Positions 37,301 to 42,163 of a stretch of DNA of 42,163 bases are shown here, one piece after another. Source of the DNA: an uncultured Elusimicrobiales bacterium (GTDB lineage Bacteria; Elusimicrobiota; Elusimicrobia; Elusimicrobiales; Elusimicrobiaceae); contig CALUZE010000001.1 of NCBI GenBank assembly GCA_944325235.1, forward strand, positions 1 to 42,163, read 5' to 3'. The notes below the pieces were generated by a model. The model searched no databases and was not told where the DNA came from. It saw only the letters and a program-made list of their open reading frames with translations. The translations under genes were made by a program, and so were the position numbers. Each line of letters begins with the position of its first letter. Positions within the stretch are counted from its first letter, which is position 1.

Positions 37301-37393
37301 ACGTGTATTGCCTTTGGCGCATAAAATTGTTATAAGAAAATGATACAATATAATGCTAATTTACCAAAAGCGTTCTTTGACAATTTCCGTAAC

Positions 37394-37737
37394 GGGGGTG
37401 TAATAGATTCGACGGGTATCTGTTGCCGCCCGGGAGCAAGTGCCGGTTGGCCAGGCCGGCTAAAATAGGGCCACACAAATAACTAACGACAATCAAGTCG
37501 CTTGGGCTAACGCTTAGTCCCACCGCGCCTTTGGTGTCTTCCATACGCTAAAGGGCCGCGGTTATTATATGGAATGCGGCAAAGCGGGCGCGGTTCGTCC
37601 GGCTTTGCCTAAGACCCACGAACCAAACCGCAAGCGTGCCGCTCTGCGCTTAGCTTGCGGTTAACCAAGCAGAGCTAAACTTGTAGTGCCCGGTTGGAGA
37701 GGATGTTCGGACGGGGGTGCGAATCCCCCCACCTCCA
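37394..37737 (+). ncRNA. ssrA: tmRNA
   Basis: 5' GGGGGTGTAATAGATTCGAC; 3' GGACGGGGGTGCGAATCCCCCCACCTCCA with G3:U pair; internal tag ORF 37485-37517. Confidence 0.95.
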
Positions 37738-37846
37738 CTTTTATTTGTGTGTTCGGCGGCGGATGAAATAAATCCGGCCGTTGGCGTGTTATATCAGGGT
37801 ACGGAAATTGCCAAAAACGGATGTTACCTTTTTCACGGGAGAGTGT

Positions 37847-39256
37847 ATGGCAGCTGAGATTAAATTCGGAACCGACGGTTGGAGAGGGGTGATTGCGTGG
37901 GATTTTACATTTGAGAACGTCCGCCGTATGGCGCAGGCCTTGGCCGATTACATCAACGAAAACGCCCCCAGCGGCGAAGACGGCAAACTGCCTAAAATTT
38001 TTGTCGGGTACGACCGGCGTTTTATGTCGGATATGTTCGCGGCCGACATTGCCAGCATTTTCCGCTCCAATAAAATTGACGTTACCCTTTCTTCCTGCCC
38101 GATTTCCACGCCGGTGGCGGCGTGCCTGAGCCTAAGCAAATTTTGGATGAGCATTATGGTGACGGCCAGCCACAACCTGGCCCAATATAACGGGATTAAA
38201 ATCAAGCTGGCCGGCGGGTCCGCTTCGTCCCGCGTGACCAAAGAAGTGGAAGAATTTTTGGACCAAAATTCCGTGCTGTTCCTGTATGGGCAGAAAGCGG
38301 AACAGAAAGATTTGACCGACGTGTATTTTAAGTATGTGGCGGCCCACGTGAACGCCAAAAAATTAAAAGCGTTCAAGTCCAAGGTCGTCATAGATTATAT
38401 GTACGGCGCGGCCGCGGGATACCTGGAAAAGTTCCTGCCTGCCAAACAGGTAATTGCGCTCCATTGCGAGCACGACCCCACTTTTGGCGGCGGCCAGCCC
38501 GAACCGGTGGAAAAGAATTTGACCTTGCTCAAAAAAACCGTACTGGAAAAGAAAGCCGCCCTGGGCGTGGCCTTTGACGGCGACGGTGACCGCGTGGCCC
38601 TGGTGGACGAAAAGGGCACCTATCTAACCCCGTGTATGATTGCCGCCGTGCTGTGCCACTATCTGGTGAAGTACAAAAAGCTGAAAGGCAAAATCGTACA
38701 GACGGTTTCTATGGGCTATCTGCTCAAGCGGATTGCCCGCAAATACGAAATGCTGTTTGAAGAAGTGGGCGTTGGCTTTAAAAACGTGGCCGAACGGATG
38801 AATTTGGACGATGTGGCTTTTGGCGTGGAAGAATCGGGCGGATTTGCCTGGAAGGGCAACCTGCCGGACCGCGACGGGCTGACGGTGGCCTTGGCCTTTT
38901 TGGACATTATGGCCACCACCGGCAAAAAAGCCAGCGAACTGTGCGCCGGCGTGACGCAGGAATATGGGGCGTCCGTCTATATGCGCAAAGATTTGCCGCT
39001 TGCCAAACCGGTGGATAAAAACGTAATGGCCGAAAAAATGCGCAAAAAACTGCCTAAAAAAATCAACGGCCGCCGCATTGCGGAAACGTTAACGTTGGAC
39101 GGACTCAAAATTATTTTTGAAAATGACGAATGGCTGTTGTTGCGCCCGTCCGGCACCGAGCCGCTCTTGCGCATTTATGCCGAAAGCGCCACCAAAAAAG
39201 ACACGCAGGCATTGTTGGATTTTGGGGCAAAACTGGTAGCCCCTTATCAAAAATAG
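37847..39256 (+). CDS. Phosphoglucomutase/phosphomannomutase family protein
   Basis: FGTDGWRG, TASHN, DGDGDR, EESGG and RPSGTEP motifs. Confidence 0.92.
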   Translation: MAAEIKFGTDGWRGVIAWDFTFENVRRMAQALADYINENAPSGEDGKLPKIFVGYDRRFMSDMFAADIASIFRSNKIDVTLSSCPISTPVAACLSLSKFWMSIMVTASHNLAQYNGIKIKLAGGSASSRVTKEVEEFLDQNSVLFLYGQKAEQKDLTDVYFKYVAAHVNAKKLKAFKSKVVIDYMYGAAAGYLEKFLPAKQVIALHCEHDPTFGGGQPEPVEKNLTLLKKTVLEKKAALGVAFDGDGDRVALVDEKGTYLTPCMIAAVLCHYLVKYKKLKGKIVQTVSMGYLLKRIARKYEMLFEEVGVGFKNVAERMNLDDVAFGVEESGGFAWKGNLPDRDGLTVALAFLDIMATTGKKASELCAGVTQEYGASVYMRKDLPLAKPVDKNVMAEKMRKKLPKKINGRRIAETLTLDGLKIIFENDEWLLLRPSGTEPLLRIYAESATKKDTQALLDFGAKLVAPYQK

Positions 39257-39264
39257 AGGAGTTC

Positions 39265-39624
39265 ATGGTAAAGATTGCATTAGTGGACGATTCGGTTATT
39301 TTACGTTCCGCCATTAAGAACGTGTTGGAATCGTCCGGCTTTGAAGTAGTGTTTGAAGCAAACGGTTCCGCGGAGCTGTTTTCCAAGTTGGACGGCAGCG
39401 GTGTGGGGCTGATTTTGCTGGATATTTTCTTTCCGACGGAAAACGGCTTGGATATTTTGGCCAAACTCAAAAAGCATATGCCGCAGGTGAAGGTGCTGAT
39501 TGTCACCGGGCTGCGGCAGGATACCATCTTGGCCGAAGCCCAGCGCTTGGGGGCGGACGGTGTGCTGTACAAGCCGTTTGACACCGACGAGTTGCTATCC
39601 GCCATTCACCGTTTGACGCACTGA
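39265..39624 (+). CDS. Single-domain response regulator
   Basis: IALVDD, LLDIFFP, VTG and KPF motifs; GAGGAG RBS. Confidence 0.88.
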   Translation: MVKIALVDDSVILRSAIKNVLESSGFEVVFEANGSAELFSKLDGSGVGLILLDIFFPTENGLDILAKLKKHMPQVKVLIVTGLRQDTILAEAQRLGADGVLYKPFDTDELLSAIHRLTH

Positions 39625-39636
39625 TTTGGCTGTTGC

Positions 39637-39675
39637 AAAAAAGCGCCGCCCGGCAAATAACCGGGCGGCGTTTTT
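39637..39675. terminator. Intrinsic terminator between convergent genes
   Basis: CGCCGCCCGG...CCGGGCGGCGTTTTT. Confidence 0.82.
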
Positions 39676-39738
39676 GTTTGTTCTATCAAAACAGGCGGCA
39701 ACCGGGTTGTTCCCAAAGACAACCCCGCTGATAGAAAA

Positions 39739-40821
39739 TTACAGTTTCAGCCACTTAAATTCAAAAAATACGACGACCGAAAAGAACACCACCGGACCCC
39801 AGCCGGCCAGGAAAGGGTTGATGTAGCCGTTTTCGCCGATGGAGGTGAACATGGAAATCAGCCACCAGAAAGTAAACGCGATAACCAGCGAGGCGATGAT
39901 GTTTAAAATTTTGCTTTTGCGCCGCAGGCTGATGGCAAACGGCATACCCAACAGGCACATAATCAGCGTAACAAACGGCGTGGCCAGTTTGGATTGCAGC
40001 ATCGTCTGCGCCGAATAAGACGCCAGCCCGCTGCGTTTAAAGAAATGAATGCGTTTGTATAATTCCCGTATGCTTAACAATTTGCCGTCCGTACGGTTCA
40101 CGGACATTTCCTGCGGGTTCAAGTTCACCGGGGATTCGGCCGTTTCAAACGCTTGCTCGGTGGTGTCCATCGGGTCCAAAAAAGTGCGCTGTACCCCTTT
40201 GGAAAACAGCCAGCTTTCGGTTTGCGGGTCCCACACCATCTGGTCGGCCACAATTTGCTGGGCAATATCCCAGCCCGCGTCGTACGTATCCAGGGATACG
40301 CGGTTCATCGTACCGTCTTTTAAATTTACTTCTTTGGCAAAAAGCATTTGGTTGGGGGACACTTTTAAAATGACGTCCTGTTCCGTATCCGGGTGGTAGG
40401 ATTCGGAGGGATTAATGCGGGTGTTGTAAATTTCGGCGGATTTTGCGTTTAGCGGCGGAATGATGAATTCCTGCAGGGCCATCGTCAGCAGTACGACCAG
40501 CAAAATACAGCTGATGACGGGTTTGAACAGTTGGCGCGGGGCAAAGCCGCTGGCGATACAGGCGGTCCATTCCCCGTTGGCGACCATTTCCGAAATGACC
40601 GAGATGGCCCCCAGCAGGCACGCTACCGGCATAATGGTGGCCAGCCAGTTGGGGAATGTGGTGATAGAATAGGAAAGCAAATCCAGCATGGTGGTGGTGC
40701 CGTTGCTGAGGTTTTTCATTTTTTCAAAGGTGTCTCCCAGCACGACCAAGGTGGTAAATACCCCCAGCGCAAAGAAAAACGGCCCCCAAAATTTACGGGC
40801 GATATAGAAATAAATCCGCAT
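39739..40821 (-). CDS. lptG: LPS export ABC transporter permease LptG
   Basis: 3+3 TM layout around a periplasmic domain; NGEWTACIASG and PFLAGWGP; coupled to lptF through TGATG. Confidence 0.85.
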   Translation of the reverse strand: MRIYFYIARKFWGPFFFALGVFTTLVVLGDTFEKMKNLSNGTTTMLDLLSYSITTFPNWLATIMPVACLLGAISVISEMVANGEWTACIASGFAPRQLFKPVISCILLVVLLTMALQEFIIPPLNAKSAEIYNTRINPSESYHPDTEQDVILKVSPNQMLFAKEVNLKDGTMNRVSLDTYDAGWDIAQQIVADQMVWDPQTESWLFSKGVQRTFLDPMDTTEQAFETAESPVNLNPQEMSVNRTDGKLLSIRELYKRIHFFKRSGLASYSAQTMLQSKLATPFVTLIMCLLGMPFAISLRRKSKILNIIASLVIAFTFWWLISMFTSIGENGYINPFLAGWGPVVFFSVVVFFEFKWLKL

Positions 40822-41915
40822 CAGATGTTCAACCTCTTTTTCCACAGGTATTTAGCGGCAAAAATGCCGACGACAATCGGTATCCAGGGGCCCGGGTAGG
40901 CCAGCCAACTGTATTTGTTGCCCAGGGATAAGCCCATCGTCATCAGCAAATAAAACGTAAAAATGATAATCACGCTGCACAGCATGCCCCAGCCTTTGTT
41001 GGTGCGCTTGCCGAACGAAAACCCGATCGGGCAGCTGACGAACAGCAAAATAATGGGGGAAATGGCCAACACGTTGCGCATGCTGATTTCGGTGCGGTAC
41101 TCGTTGATGGTTTCCTGGTCCAGCGGTATTTGACGCATGCGGCGCAGCAGCTTGGTGGTGGACATTTCGCCCACGCGCAGCCGGCGGAATTGTTCTTTAA
41201 GCAGCGAAATACTCATAACGTATTTGTCAAAATTGGCGGCGATGAACAACGTGGGGTCTTTTTCGTCCAATCGCTGCATTTGTCCGTCTTCCAGCTGCAG
41301 GCCGATGGCCGTGTCGCTCAAAATCACTTTGCCGCTGGCGGCGTTTACTTTGGTGCTCAGGGCGCCTTCGTCGTTGCGTTTAATCAGGTGGATTTGGCGG
41401 GCGAGGTCGGTGTGTTTGTCCAAGCTTTCCAAATACAAATCCCATTCGCCCAGGTTTAAAAATGTTTTCGGTTCCAGGTTTACTTTGGTGATTTTGCTGC
41501 GGGCTTCGGCGCGGCGGTCCAACAAACGTTTGTAGCTGCGGGGGGTAAACCAGTTGCTCATCACAATTAAAATGACCGACAGCGACACCGCACAAATCAA
41601 AAGCGGCCGGATAATTTCTTTAAACGAAAATCCCGCCGCACGCAAGGCAATCAGTTCGCCGTGTTCGCTCATATTGGTTAGGGTCAGCAAAATGGCAATT
41701 TGGAAAGCCATCGGCGCACTTAAGCAAAATACGTCCGGCAGTACGTTAAGCAGCGACGACGCCACCCACCCCCAGCTGGTGCCGTACGTCATAGCCATAT
41801 CCAAAATGCGGATGAACTGGTTCATAAAAATGACAAACGTCAATATCCCCAGCACGCCCACAAAAAACGTCAGCAGGCTTTTAGCGATATATTTGGTAAA
41901 AATGCCGATACGCAT
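40821..41915 (-). CDS. lptF: LPS export ABC transporter permease LptF
   Basis: GELIALRAAGFS motif, 3+3 TM layout, tandem with lptG. Confidence 0.87.
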   Translation of the reverse strand: MRIGIFTKYIAKSLLTFFVGVLGILTFVIFMNQFIRILDMAMTYGTSWGWVASSLLNVLPDVFCLSAPMAFQIAILLTLTNMSEHGELIALRAAGFSFKEIIRPLLICAVSLSVILIVMSNWFTPRSYKRLLDRRAEARSKITKVNLEPKTFLNLGEWDLYLESLDKHTDLARQIHLIKRNDEGALSTKVNAASGKVILSDTAIGLQLEDGQMQRLDEKDPTLFIAANFDKYVMSISLLKEQFRRLRVGEMSTTKLLRRMRQIPLDQETINEYRTEISMRNVLAISPIILLFVSCPIGFSFGKRTNKGWGMLCSVIIIFTFYLLMTMGLSLGNKYSWLAYPGPWIPIVVGIFAAKYLWKKRLNI

Positions 41916-41989
41916 ATATCTTATTCTAACAAAATATCACTCGGCCGAGTAAGCCCAATTGTGCAGAGCCGCCGGGCCTACCCCCGGTT

Positions 41990-42032
41990 GGGCCTTTTGG
42001 CCCTGGTATCCTGTGCCCAAGGTCGCTATAAT
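41990..42032 (+). promoter_or_regulatory. GGGCCTTTTGGCCC box plus -10 element (TATAAT)
   Basis: Box at 41990-42003, -10 at 42027-42032, ATG at 42039; same 23-nt gap as at 5777-5819. Confidence 0.6.
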
Positions 42033-42038
42033 ACAAGT

Positions 42039-42095
42039 ATGAAAACGTGGATTACGCTGGCTTGTTGTCTGTTTAGCACCCTATCCCTTTGCTAA
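42039..42095 (+). pseudogene. Signal-peptide-only ORF (MKTWITLACCLFSTLSLC*), probable truncated secreted-protein gene
   Basis: Good promoter and a signal-peptide-like start, but a stop after 18 codons; near the window edge. Confidence 0.4.
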
Positions 42096-42163
42096 TGTGC
42101 GATAAAGAAGTAATAGAAGTGTAAAAAATTTTGCCGTTCCTATCCGGCACTTAGGGCTGTGTC

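Noticed and set aside
37356-37544. 62-aa minus-strand ORF, and likewise ORFs 9056..9334 and 36743..36961
   Set aside because: They overlap tmRNA or tRNA genes and are spurious.
37738-37846. Integrated element at the tmRNA or tRNA 3' ends
   Set aside because: No integrase and no duplicated 3' end seen; housekeeping genes follow directly at ssrA, tRNA-Leu and tRNA-Asp.

Overview
A mostly housekeeping 42 kb window from a diderm bacterium, shown by lptFG, AsmA and an Omp85-like barrel. Gene style and content suggest Elusimicrobiota; this is an inference. It holds about 36 CDS covering transport, peptidoglycan, phospholipid and nucleoside-salvage functions, plus tRNA-Asp(GTC), tRNA-Leu(TAA), tmRNA and many intrinsic terminators. 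No CRISPR, prophage or intact transposase is visible. Most notable signals: (1) a recurrent quasi-palindrome, GGGNC-N4-GNCCC, in ~23-bp-period tandem copies, seen only next to promoters of orphan secreted proteins and at identical spacing to the -10 box at two loci (candidate undescribed regulon); (2) one of those proteins carries a protein-glutaminase-like Cys-His-Asp triad; (3) a receptor-type signal peptide-TPR-TM-non-RD Ser/Thr kinase; (4) pervasive leaderless gene starts; (5) a tmRNA with an atypical tag, divergent from a YacP/Rae1-like NYN RNase; (6) an RDD-pilin-like fusion; (7) two unexplained structured intergenic regions.
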